A stretch of 63,562 nt of DNA, the filler included, from Collodictyon triciliatum (Eukaryota): the NCBI GenBank assembly GCA_043381765.1. It is 9 parts of 9 records of this genome, joined end to end, with 100 filler letters (N's around TTAATTAATTAA, not from the genome) between each part and the next. Parts side by side here need not be neighbours in the genome. Positions count along the whole stretch, not along the records: positions 35,402 to 42,367 come from JBHJMP010004138.1; positions 42,468 to 49,433 come from JBHJMP010004139.1; positions 49,534 to 56,498 come from JBHJMP010004140.1; 6 more parts are not named here. The stretch is one strand, 5' to 3'. Shown piece after piece: positions 36,555 through 53,714 of this stretch (positions are counted from its first letter, which is position 1; every line of letters begins with the position of its first letter). The translations under genes were made by a program, and so were the position numbers. The notes below the pieces were generated by a model, which saw only the letters and a list, made by a program, of their open reading frames with translations, was not told the origin of the DNA and did no database searches.

Positions 36555-39500
36555 ATGACCGGGCGATACCTTAAGAAAAGTGGGGAAATAATAACAGGGG
36601 GTGTTTTGATTTGATCCATTTTATGTGTGTTAAATTCTCACCCACTTTAATTCAATATGTTTTTTTTTTTTTTAACTGAAGTGTGAAACGAACTGCTTGT
36701 AAAGCTGATCAAAGTAAAACAATGTTCGTGCAATCCCAAGAGACCAGAAAAAGGACTATAGTCTTAGGTGACTCGATCGTACCAACCTCTCCAAATAGTA
36801 CTGCCTGGGTTGATGTAAGATTTTTTTTCTCATGAATTCCCCAGGAAACAAAAAAAAAAAAAAATTATTACAGAAAGTCCTCGATTTATGTTTGAAATTA
36901 ACCCGATTCATTCCAATTCATATTGTGAGCATTCATGCCTTTCAAGTTGCATAATAACTTACGTATAAATAAGCAGCTTGACTCCATTATTCACGATGCA
37001 ATGTCTAATACCCATATGTGAAGGTCGAAAATGTTCGGAACTGTCATGTTGAAGGGAATAAACCCATGGGTCGCACAATATCACTTCGAAATTCCATCTT
37101 GTTGATGTCATTCTTTTCTGTCGTCTCCGTGGCCCTGGTGAGCGTCGTCCCGTCATACACATTTGGATTCTCCGTGAGGATAATTTAATGAAAACATGCT
37201 AATTTACCGCACTTTTTTTTTAAAGCACTTTGTGTCGTGACTTTGTACAAAAGAGCCATAACCCTTAGAACAGTATTCATATAATGTTGAGAACTGACAT
37301 TAAGTTCACATAGTCTGTGGAGGATATCTCCGATCAACTGCAAACTCAAGTTTGTCTCGCCACTTTGGTCGCTTTTCCCCTTATACTTCCCTTTACCCAT
37401 CTATTTTCTTTATGATTCAAAGATATGTATCTAATGATATTCTCTTTTCGATTGGTCTATGAACAAAGACGGTGGAGCGTATAAGGAAAGAAATTCAAGC
37501 TGCTTTGGATGTCCCTCATGAAATCCTACGAAATTTTGAAAGTACGTTGTTCCACATAGATTTGGATGAAAATGGAATTAAATGTGATAACGTCCCCGCT
37601 AGACTGATGAATTTTGGTGTTATTGAGGTATGGGGTTTTTTTAGTTATTGTTACTGTCAGTTTGTGAAAAGAAAGATGAGGCCGAAAAAAATGAAAAACC
37701 CAATTGTAAAGTTGATGATCTAATAGAAATCAACATTCATGTCCCAATCCTGGTTTGGAATCGAGGATGGAAGTGTTTTTGGTAATATTTCATCCATCAC
37801 GTAATTTGTTGCACTTTAGCAGAAAAGCATTATGGTTTAATGTGTTTTTATTTTTTCCCTCTATTTGATTCGAAGGGTTTAATGTATTTTATACTTTTGG
37901 GCTGGTGAGTCCTAAAACCGACTTTTTTTTTTTAAAATCATCAGGTGTTGTAAAAGAACGAGGTCCGATATCGATATTGTGTGCTGCACCTGAAACCAAT
38001 TTTGATTTGAAGGATGCTCATGTCACAAATAAGACAATCTTGACGCCGTTCAAGGATTTGAAAATTAGGAACAGCGTTCCGAAGTTTGACACTACGCTTA
38101 GGCCATGGTAAATAAGGAACAATATCAATATCAGCAAGAAAAATTGCTGAAATTATCTACTTCTTGCGTGTGATTGACATATCTATACTAATGTTCAAAT
38201 CACATACGGAAAGGTACAAAGCAGCCAAAACAATGAAGGCCCCGACATGGTCCCCGGTTTATCGTTTAGTTGCAACAGGAGGCAGGATCTTAAGCTTAGG
38301 AGCTGTGAGGCCCATATATAAGGATTTAAATGAAGGTAACAAAGTCGTATTTCTTAATTAAGTATTAATGCATCTTCCTTTTGAATCAACAATAATAATG
38401 ATTATAATTATACTATAAATTTTTTATCTACAAAGAGAAATTCGTCGGTGTTGCTCTGGCAGGCATGAACTTAGCTTTAGTGGAGGAAAAATTACAAAGC
38501 ATCCAGACGAGCGAAAACGGATTTGCATACATCCTACAAGAGGTTAATCCGTACATTTGAGAAAATGCCAAATAAATGAAGTAAATTGAAAAAATAAATT
38601 GAGGAATTTACAATCAAGTAGATCAAGGTCATTTTTATTCTGATGGAATATTAATTCCTAATTCTTTGCTCAAAAAAGAATGGTACTATTATTGCGAATA
38701 CGATGGGAGTGAACACTACCAACAGGGATAATCTAATGGTTTTCTACGATGATTCTGGCAATGAACTCATGATCAACTCGGCTAATGTAAGGCCAAAACA
38801 CACAATTCATAAATGGCTTTGGTCGATAAACAGTTTGAAATCTTGAAATTCTATGAGTAAATACCTTCATATAGGAATTAAAGAGGAAATCAGACGGCGG
38901 GTTCAGTATTATCCACGGAATTCGGAAATACTCCACTTTTAAAGGAGACACAGAGTATCTAACTTTTGCAACAACTATAATCGACCCAAGAGGAGGTCTG
39001 GAATGGGTATGTATTTGGTTTTATAATTTTGGCTACTTGACTCTTTCCTGTTCGAATAAAATAGTATGAATCATTTTGTAGACGGTGGTTATTCTCATTC
39101 CTCGAAGCGACATGTTTTCAAAAGTAGACCATATGATTACACTATCTTCATCTCTCACTGCTGCACTATTCGTGCTTACACTCTCAATTACTATGGTTGC
39201 TTCGACATATATCAGCCGGTAAAATTTCGCCACCACAAAGTCGTTTTTTATCCTCCTTTTATTAACTCATCTAATAACTAGGCCCTTAAATGTCGTTGCA
39301 GATGCGATGCAAAACATTTCGAAGCTGAATTTCGATAATAGGGACTCTGTTAGTTATTTTATATTCAGTTTATTTATATCTTGATTTGTTGTAAGGAAAT
39401 ACTGCCGAATATGATTTATATGAGTTCTTTCCACATGTAATAATGAAAATGATGCTTGGTGACAGAGAAAATCAGAGTCCAATTTGAAAGAAATACGGAT

Positions 39501-41350
39501 GATACAATCTTCATTTCAAGTAACATCTTTCTACAATATCAGAGCAAATATGTCACAGTGGCAGATTCTTTTTTCTTTCTTTACAGTTTTTTTTTTTAAA
39601 AAAAAATACGATAATAGGTGATGGATTCCGCACTGCAATCATTTGGAAAATTCGTGCCTCTGGCTGTAGTCAAGAGGATTATGAGCAACTCAAACTTTGC
39701 TAACGACCTTTATGTGGAACGCAAAAACTTGACCATCATGTTTACTGGTAAAACATATAGAGATAATAAAATTAGATGAGAGAAAATAAGGACATCAATA
39801 ACAGAATGTATATTTTCTTATCATAAGCGCTGTAAAGGTATACATAAAATGACTACTTTACAATTCTTTTGTAGATTTGAAAGGTTTCACATCACTTTCT
39901 GAATCCTTGCCTACCGATGCCCTTCTGAACCTAATATCAGATTACTTCGAAATGATGGTTTCGTTAGTATCACAGTCAGATGGAGTAATTTGTGATTTCA
40001 TAGGGGACGGGATAATGGTTAATACTAGATAAAATATGTATCAATGACTAATTTGAAAATGAGTGGGAATAGGGTGTTTATCTGAGATAAGTCGGATGTA
40101 CCTATTTGCATTATGAAATATGTATTTTACTTATTGATAAATAAACGTCCAGTCATTTTGGAATTCACCTGTCTCTGTGGAAAACCACGAAGCTCTCGCG
40201 ATTAAAACCGCCCTATTACAATTGGTAAGTGACTCATCTGTTATTTTGTTTTTACTTATCTATACGGGGTCATACCTAACCATGTATGCTGCAGGATTGC
40301 ATGATGTTTGCATTACATTTTATCAAAATAGTGATGATGAAGATAATTTAGGAAAATTCTAAACATGCTCTCATATTATAAATAAACTGGATTTAGGAAG
40401 CACTCAAGAAATTGAATGATAATTGGATTTCAAATGGGTATATTCGAGAGGGTCTGGGAATGCGGATAGGCATTCACACTGGAGAGGTACTGGTTGGTAA
40501 TATTGGGTCTACAAATCGCATGAAGTACGGTGCCGTGGGAGACGCCGTAAATATTGCATCCAGGTTTAGCACAAGAAATAATACTATCAATAACCCATCA
40601 TCTAGCACAAATTGAAAGGAATAATAATAATATGGCTATATAATCACTATTTTCTTTGACACTTAAAATTATAATCGGTAATATCACTTAGTTTACATTA
40701 GAGTAACTTATTCTTTTCAGTAATTTTGAAGTGTTCTCTGTGATTATTACTTCACTATTTACATCGTACTATCTAATTTACAAGAACAGATTAGAAGGAT
40801 TGAACAAACGATACGGATCTGAGATTATCATTAGTGATGTGACTCATGAACATGTAAAAGAGCTCTTCTTTTGCAGACCTTTAGAAACTGTCGTTGTCAA
40901 GGGGAGGTATGGAATTTTTTTTAATTAAAAATGTGACTGATGCTCCTGCAATAAGAAGATTCAACCGTTGTATTGACAAAAATACGCCAACAGAAACATG
41001 CAAAAAGATTTCCATTGAATAATTTATTTATCTTCAATATTATTACACCTTTTTCTTTTTCTTTTCTTTCTTTTTTATTTTTTTCTAGAATTGGTTCAAT
41101 CAAGATTCATGAGGTCATGGAAAGTGTGGACGCCGATATGACTGATGATAGGCGAAGTTTTAATGTAAAAAAGAAGGAGATACTAGAGAGCGCCCAAGAT
41201 ATCCACCTGAAAACCAAGGAAACCAAGTCAATTGTTATCGACCAGCTTCGGGATTACGTCTGCCATAACGATGATCCACCTGCATATCGTATCCTGGAGA
41301 TAATTTCCAGTCCCTTTTACGATGGTGTGTCTATTTTGGATACGAAGTAG
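36555..41350 (+). CDS. Membrane sensor class III nucleotide cyclase (TM-Cache-TM-HAMP-cyclase), bacterial-type architecture; start approximate
   Basis: Cache motifs [17 protein letters not shown] and [101 protein letters not shown]. Confidence 0.9.
37834..37891 (-). mobile_element. Degenerate ultra-short retro-insertion, family A, ~16-bp TSD
   Basis: GGTTTAATGTGTTTTTA + TTTTTTCCCTCTATTTGATTCGAAG + GGTTTAATGTATTTTA. Confidence 0.6.
40595..40630 (+). mobile_element. Short family B LINE tail fragment in an intron
   Basis: CCATCATCTAGCACAAATTGAAAGGAA vs CCATCATCTTGCACAAATTGAAAGGAA at 51416; TSD unclear. Confidence 0.6.
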
Positions 41351-41995
41351 GATCGGATTATCCAAGCAACAAATCTGATTTCGCAGAATGAAACGGGAGA
41401 AAGCTTGGCGCTCCCAGTGTAGCCATAGACATAGCCAATATATCTCCAAGTTGGGCTTTGTATGGGTGTGAGATTCATTTCCTACTTCACCTTTTAAAAA
41501 AATATTTTCCCAAGCTTTCAAATTCAAGTGCCTGCAATCACTCCTATATAAACGCCGCATAGTAACATATGTTAGTCATTCTTGTGCTATGTGTTGTTTT
41601 TGTTTGTTTGTTTGTTTGTTTGTTTGTTTGTTTGTTTGTTTGTTTGTTTGTTCGTATGTTCGTATGTTCGTATGCCTCTTTTATAACTTTATTTTTTCAT
41701 TACACTTCTTCACCGGTAATTCAGTAGATTGGTTTTGATTTTTCTATTTGAGTGAATATTTGGAGGCGCATTTTTTTCTGTATCTTCCTTTTTCTTCATT
41801 TTTATACACTGGATTATGGGTCTATGACAGGGGGTGGGTTGTAATATATCACATTACATAAACTTTACGGGGTGTGGGCCTGTTTTTTTCTTTAAGAGAC
41901 TCGGAGAGATTTTTTCTCGCTTTCATGAGTTCATTATTATCTCCAAAGCCATGTTATATGCTTGCATATGTATATGGGTAAACATATAAGAGGAG

Positions 41996-42367
41996 ATGTC
42001 AACTAGCGTTATCCATGCGATCCTGTCTTCGCCTACTCTCTTCAATCTTGCGCTTGCTTCGATTACCTCCTCCTATTCGTAAGTGCGGTGGAGTTTAGAA
42101 ATGCGATAAATAATGCAAGTGCCTCGCATCGAGCAATGTCCTTACAAAACGGCCCCAGATATAGAGGATAACGATTTAGATCGTTTATATATATTTTGTT
42201 TTATCTACAAATATTTCCAAATGCTATAGCACGCTCAAGAAGAGAATATAATGGTTAATAAAGGAATATTACATATTTTCCACAAACAAAACATCGCCAC
42301 AGAATGATCAAGGCGTTTGTCTTTGATTCGCGTTTTGCCCTGCTTCCATCAAAGCTTTCCTCCTACA
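41996..42367 (+). CDS. 5' exons of an unidentified gene cut by scaffold end
   Basis: ATG-initiated exon MSTSVIHAILSSPTLFNLALAS ending at a GTAAGT donor, plus further short exons. Confidence 0.35.
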
Positions 42368-42659
42368 NNNNNNNNNNNNNNNNNNNNNNNNNNNNNNNNN
42401 NNNNNNNNNNNTTAATTAATTAANNNNNNNNNNNNNNNNNNNNNNNNNNNNNNNNNNNNNNNNNNNNTGTTTTTTTGTTTTTTTGTTTTTTGTTTTTTGT
42501 TTTTTGTTTTTTGTTTTTTGTTTTTTGTTTATTGCTTTTTGTTTATTGTTTTTTGTTTATTGTTTTTTGTTTATTGTTTTTTGTTTTATGTATTTTTTTT
42601 TGTTTGTTTATTGTATACGAATATATTGATTGACTCAATAAACCATCTTTTCGGTACAG

Positions 42660-47830
<5,171 letters not shown>

Positions 47831-48760
47831 TGATACATTCTCATAGGCTATCCTATCCAACATAAACGATGAACAAAAGAAAACGAAGGGCAAAATAGTG
47901 ACGACACCACCAATCTATAAGTTTTGCTGTCGACCAAAGCTGAACCCGGATGCGCTCCGATATCCGTCATTTAATGAGAAGAGACACCAAAACCCATCAT
48001 TTTACCTATTTCTGGAAAATATAATGTTTTCTATATACCGCTTAATATAATGTATTAATAGATTTTATGATTGATAATAAGGAATTAAATATATAATAGT
48101 ACTAAGCACATATAGAATATAGTAGCCTGGTAGAGGGATATCTAGTGCCATGCAGTGAAATTTGGACAGAACCAGAAAATTGACAACTTCGCACCGTATT
48201 AGCCTATGAACGAATTTTCCATGTGTGGGTAGTGAATCGCAACCGACAAACAGCCGAACACCCAAACAGACATTTGTGCAAACACCCAAGGAGAGTCCAT
48301 TCGGAGCCGCCCCAACGAAACCATCACAAAGACAACCCAGCCGCAGGGAAATCCACATCGCTTCATCTCCCGTCTTTCGCACCAGTGCCGGATTCCGCCT
48401 CAGAACCCTCTCTCTTTCTCACTCTGTCTGCCTTCTCCACATTTTTTCATATGTGCGCTTCATTTCACTCTCTTGTATACTCTGTGGTTATTCTTTACTT
48501 CCTATCTCCCCTTTTTTCTCTCTCTTTTTTATTTTTATTTCTATTTTTCGTTCCCCTTTCGGCTCCATGTCTGGTTCGGCTAGTGTCTTTGTTGCCATTT
48601 CCAACGGACGGGAAATGAAGTCTGAAATTTTCCTCGGCTTTTCTCTTTGTTTTGCCCGCGCCGTGGTTGCCGTGTCCGAGCATTTCAATCCAACCCACTT
48701 ATCGCGCCGTTGCCCAATCTCTTCTATTCAGATAAGCGCAAAGGCACCACACCCAAGAAA

Positions 48761-49378
48761 ATGGGCTCAAATATAATAGACCCAGACTGGGAGCTCTACT
48801 ATTACGAGGCCGAGCGCCTTGACGACAAAAAGTGGATCATAAACAGCCTGAAAGACAGAGCCCAAGTTCTTTTATTTCGTTTTCCTCCGTTTTTTTTTTT
48901 AGGCGTCCTTTCACTTTTAAATAAAAGAAAACAAATTGTATCTATGATTCTGCTTGCCGCTATACCTCCACTTTTTTTCCGTGGTTCACAAGTATTCAAA
49001 CAAGACTCATGCAGAAGCCAGCAGACTTTGAAGTCGTCGAATGCACCCCAGCAACAGGAAAATCAGCTCAAGGGCTGGGTGAAAAAGTGCGGAGTGTGCC
49101 AAAGCACGGGAGATATTCTCCGTCATCCTCATCCTCATCCATTGAGCCAGTCACTACAGCTCCATCAGCGCCCATCGTAAGACCGCGTTCTGCCATGGAG
49201 AATCCAAGGCCTCGGCCGCAATCATCGAAACATCCCAATACACCACTACGCTCATCATCTCCATTGCGTCCGGCTTCGGCGTTGACTGCATCTCAGATGT
49301 CTCACGGACTAGGTGATTCACTAGTGGACTATAGCGATCCTCTTCTGGAGGCAGATGCAGTGCCGGGGTGGCCAAAGG
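48761..49378 (+). CDS. 5' part of an uncharacterised Ser/Pro-rich protein, cut by scaffold end
   Basis: Open exons MGSNIIDPDWELYYYEAERLDDKKW and MQKPADFEVV..RPASA..GWPK followed by a GT donor. Confidence 0.45.
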
Positions 49379-49533
49379 TCATTACCGCTTGTTTTTTTTT
49401 TTTTTTTTTTTGCTTTTCTTTTGAAAAAAAAAANNNNNNNNNNNNNNNNNNNNNNNNNNNNNNNNNNNNNNNNNNNNTTAATTAATTAANNNNNNNNNNN
49501 NNNNNNNNNNNNNNNNNNNNNNNNNNNNNNNNN

Positions 49534-50646
49534 ACCGACCCGATTCCGAGACTGCGTATTCCCAAGGGCGTTCGTGCGGTCTTTATTCACGCTGTCTGCC
49601 CGTGGGGCGCTGCCTGGGGAACCAAGGAGGGCCACAACAACATCGACATGCTAAAGAATATCAACGGTATCTACACCGTCTCTGCAAATCATACATCCCC
49701 TGTTCTTGTTGACCTTTTTGATACCATGAATATTCGCAATGTTGGAACTGTCGAGGGCTTCTTTTCGGCCTTCCAATACTTTATGACTGTGCAAAACGGA
49801 CCCGATGGCGAGGCACTTCGCAAGGAGTTGTCATACGGCCAGAATCAGCGCCAGATTGGCCTCTCGTACTATGGAACAGAGGCAACCTGGGAGACTCTGA
49901 CCGTACGTCAAATTGTCAAGGAGCATCTCACGGGCGCCTGCAAGATTCTGCTGGCTGACCTTCACACGGCTGCTGGTAAGTATGGAGACTGGTTCATAGC
50001 TGGGCATGATGTGGGGTCTGGTGACCTTGTAGAGGAATGGAACGAAAAGTCTGGGGCAAAGGCGACTATCGAGCCCCTCTATAAGGCTGGTGTCGGAACA
50101 GACCCGTGGCCTTTTTACGAGTTTGTGCGTGACTACTATCCCAACGCCGACTTTGTCCGTGTTGTTTGGGAGGCTGGAACTTTCCCACAGAGCCTGTATG
50201 AAACAAACATGCTCATGCTTGTGCACTGTCGACACTACGGAGACATCAAGGTCAACGAACCGGGCTGTGAAGATTTTTTCTCAACACTCGACCCTGCTTC
50301 CTGGACTGGGCCTTGCTGTAAGTTCCATCACGAGCGTTTGAATGAATTCTTTAATCCTCACAAAGGTACCTTCAGCGATTGGCCCGAGCTTGTTTACAAT
50401 GCAACGGCTGCACCTTTTTCTGTGATGAAGTACGGACTGGAATCGATGCTTGCCACCCAGGACCAATGCCCTTCGACGCCCATCCCAAAGACCAACAATG
50501 GTGGTGACGACGGAGATGATGACGACATATCCATGGGCGAGGCGGTGATGATATCTCTGCTCTGCATCGCCATCGTTATCGGCATCGCCATTCTTGTTGT
50601 GGTTGTCACCAGAAAAAGCAGCTCAAAGGATAAGCCGCTTCAATGA
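49534..50646 (+). CDS. DUF2817-like (M14 zinc carboxypeptidase-fold) protein with a C-terminal transmembrane anchor; intronless, 5' partial
   Basis: Frame open from the scaffold start: FIHAVCPWGAAW..NNIDMLKN, LSYGQ....GLSYYG..ATW, ADLHTAAGKYG, WEAGT; hydrophobic helix AVMISLLCIAIVIGIAILVVVV followed by RK. Confidence 0.7.
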   Translation, partial: TDPIPRLRIPKGVRAVFIHAVCPWGAAWGTKEGHNNIDMLKNINGIYTVSANHTSPVLVDLFDTMNIRNVGTVEGFFSAFQYFMTVQNGPDGEALRKELSYGQNQRQIGLSYYGTEATWETLTVRQIVKEHLTGACKILLADLHTAAGKYGDWFIAGHDVGSGDLVEEWNEKSGAKATIEPLYKAGVGTDPWPFYEFVRDYYPNADFVRVVWEAGTFPQSLYETNMLMLVHCRHYGDIKVNEPGCEDFFSTLDPASWTGPCCKFHHERLNEFFNPHKGTFSDWPELVYNATAAPFSVMKYGLESMLATQDQCPSTPIPKTNNGGDDGDDDDISMGEAVMISLLCIAIVIGIAILVVVVTRKSSSKDKPLQ

Positions 50647-50854
50647 GCTTCCTTGGGCCTCGTCTTCACAACGAATGAATAAAACCAAGAAGTAACCAAA
50701 ACGGAAATTATAGAGATATTTGCAGAATAGTATAAGCCATATTTTTATATAAGGAATTTGACAGAAGACGACTCAAGAAATACTAGGCATATAAAATAAC
50801 GTATTTGACTGACTAGAATACTTTTGCATACTTCGTGATGCAATTTATCAACAT

Positions 50855-51454
50855 CACATAGATGCACATTTTTCAGCAACGGTAATGAATCCATCGAGCA
50901 CACATTTGTGCAATATCCCTTTGATCAAAACCTGCACGAAACAGCCGGCGAGATTCTTCGACTGACACTCAAGACAGCAGCGGCTGTTGGCCCAATCCAG
51001 GCGATATTTGGGCCTCTGCAACAGCTGAGTCCAGATGCAAGAACGTTCTGGGCAGTGACGCAAGGCCATTTGCTATGGACTATGTGGATAGCGCGCATAT
51101 ACTCACGCAAAGCAAGAGTCAACAACCAGCCACCCATTCCTGATAATAGGCTGGATGATATCATACAAATCTCTTTTCTTAACAACTTCCTTCGCCACCT
51201 GCTCGTTCTCTACTACTCCGACCCCGTGAGAAGATACATGCGGAAAGAGGCTGAGAAAGAGATTCAACCTCGACTTGTGTCCCTCATGCAAGCACAAGAC
51301 GCAGGCTACAGGCCAAACCGCAGGATGCAATTACTGATTACCGAATACTCCACTGCCACCCGGCCAACAAGTAGCGTCCATGCAAACGATGGCGAGCGAA
51401 CCAAAGTCAGTATTTCCATCATCTTGCACAAATTGAAAGGAAAAATAAAAAAAA
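50855..51454 (+). mobile_element. 5'-truncated L1/Tx1-like LINE (family B), ORF2 C-terminus plus A-tail
   Basis: Degenerate zf-RVT CTFFSNGNESIEHTFVQY, IFGP..ARTFWAVTQGHLLWTMW, SFLNNFLRH..YYSD; ends AATAAAAAAAA; paralogous to 10775-11553. Confidence 0.85.
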
Positions 51455-51759
51455 TGTGGCTGCTACTCGAAACAGCCTTTGATAATTTGTCAATCATAAG
51501 AAGCTGCTTTCTGAATCTGCCCTCTAATTAGATACCAATATATGCACGGAAAAAATTGAGAAAGACACAAGCCCCTTCTTAGCATAATTATGCGTATTCT
51601 TTTATATTAGGGCTGTATTTTCGACAGAACTCGAGGTAACACCAGAAACTGATGAGCACAAATCATTCTTTTCCCCTTTATTTGACCTAATTTTCTAAAT
51701 ATCAAGCCGTACGAAGGGCGAATAAAGTCATACAGTCGATAGCACACTAAACTTAGGTT

Positions 51760-53460
51760 GACTGTGTGAGCAGCAGGGGTTAAATATGTGGCGGGCCACA
51801 TTTTACAGACGCATTCCCACACCTCTTTTCGCTTGCGGTCAGGGTGGCGAATAATTTGAGCTTTGGGCTGTGACTCCTTTGTAGCTGGTGTTTTGGGGGA
51901 TGCACTCTGTTGTTCATCAGCGACCCTAGGCTCCAATTTTTCTCCCTTATCCCCGCGGTAGGCAGGGCCACCCATTTTTCCACTTTCATTCTGATTTGCT
52001 TTCTGGCTCGCTATATTCGGTGGTGTACTTGACTGATTCATTCTCTTTTCCTCGGGCGAGGCTTTATCTTCGACGGTTTCGATCTTTTTTGGGCACCAGT
52101 GATGTCAGGATGAATAGCCGGTGTTTTATATTCGTCTACGTTTCTTTTTCTTGGATAGGAAGCTGCTTCCCGCTGAGCAGTCGAATCTATTTCGATAGTC
52201 GGTTTGTCCCCATAAACAGTACTTGAGGAGTAGTTTGTCGTTCTCGAAGCTTCAAGCTGCTCACTTTCTTCTTCAGCAGAACCTTCTATGATGACGACAG
52301 GTTGGATGGACTGTTGTTCTTCCAATCCCGAGTCTGGAACGTCGCTTCTTATGGATTGCGCAGTACTTGCTGAAGAAAGAGAGTCTTGGGTGGTCCCGGG
52401 AGCCATGACCTCTAAGGTAGCTGGCGGGTGTGGCTTGCTGGGTGCCCTTATACTGTTTCCCGATTCTGTTACCGAGTTGGCTTGGGTTTACCTTTCCTCG
52501 GAATCCTCTCCATGATTTAAAGGAGAGTTTGGTGAGATATCATCGGCTTGGGGAGGTTGGAAATGTTGGAGGCATGCGATGTTTCCTCCACTTCCTTGGA
52601 GCCATTCCACGATTGATATTGCTTTCTCTGTGTTCATTGGCGAACTTGATGAAGCACTTTTGAACAAATCGCCTGGTGATTCGTCCATTATTTCGATATC
52701 CATTTCTTGGTTTTGGGGCCGTCCCTGAACCTTTGTCTTGATTAAGACTTCGAGCACTTCATCCACGGGTTTCTTGCCGACTTCTCCCTCTGACTTTAGA
52801 AGACGACGCGTGTTACCTTTGGCCTCGTTTGTGTGCTCTAGACTTGTTTTGCACAGACGATCCCTGCACGGTTGGCCAGTCTTTAGCGAAGAAGTCGGCT
52901 ACTTTTGTGTGGAAGCCTGAGAAGCGAGTGGCGGCGTTTTGTTTATTGATGACCGCTTGCTTGATGGTGATCGGCTCGGCAGTGGTTGTTTCTTTGTGGT
53001 TTGACCTTTTGTGTCATACCCTTCTTTGTTGGGGAGAGTTGATGGGATGTCAGACTCTTTGAGGGCGCGTATCTCCACGTGACAGCGTCTGCCATGAATG
53101 ACGACAAAGGTAGGTATTTCCCCATTTTTTGCTGTTCTTTGTCATACGTAACGAGTGCATCATTCATGCATATTCCTCCAGGTTTTGTCCAGTTGACTTT
53201 GATTGGGATGAAGTACTCACCACAGGCCTTAAAAATATCAGTCCAGCTGGCACCCAGCGGTATGTTAGACAGGTGCGCAACCTTTGTGACGGTTTTTGCT
53301 GGCGTGGGGTGTAAAGGTGGTTAAGGAGCTGGAAAGGCTCCTCTTTATTAAAGGCAGCTGCGTTTTCTTTTCTTGGGAAGGCGATTCTGAGTCCAAGGGC
53401 AGGGTTGTCCATCATAAGTCTCACGTCCTTTTTGTGAAGTTGGGTGGCGCAAGAAAAATG
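51760..53460 (-). mobile_element. Degenerate, internally deleted LINE: ORF1 (RRM-like plus low-complexity) joined to an ORF2 C-terminal remnant
   Basis: Intronless, frameshifted: GLRIAF..KVAHLSNIPLGASWTDIFKACGEY (ORF1 RRM-like). Near 51780-51850, HPDRKRKEVWECV resembles YSDRKRREMWEWV in the 10775-11553 element. Confidence 0.6.
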
Positions 53461-53714
53461 CTACCACCACATTCAAATAAAAAATCCTGTTATCGTTCAT
53501 CAACATATAGTTTGAAGTTGGTATGCTTGCTACGATTGGAATTGGGTGCCTTGTTTCTTGAGTACGAATCCCAAGAGGCTCAATCAAAATACTTTAACTC
53601 CGCTTCACATAAAAAAATACATGTTTAATAAATATAATATCAGGTATAAAACTCTTCAATTTTTTTTATTGCGCGCTCACAATGTGTTAAGAGAGAACAA
53701 TATGTCTGAAAATT

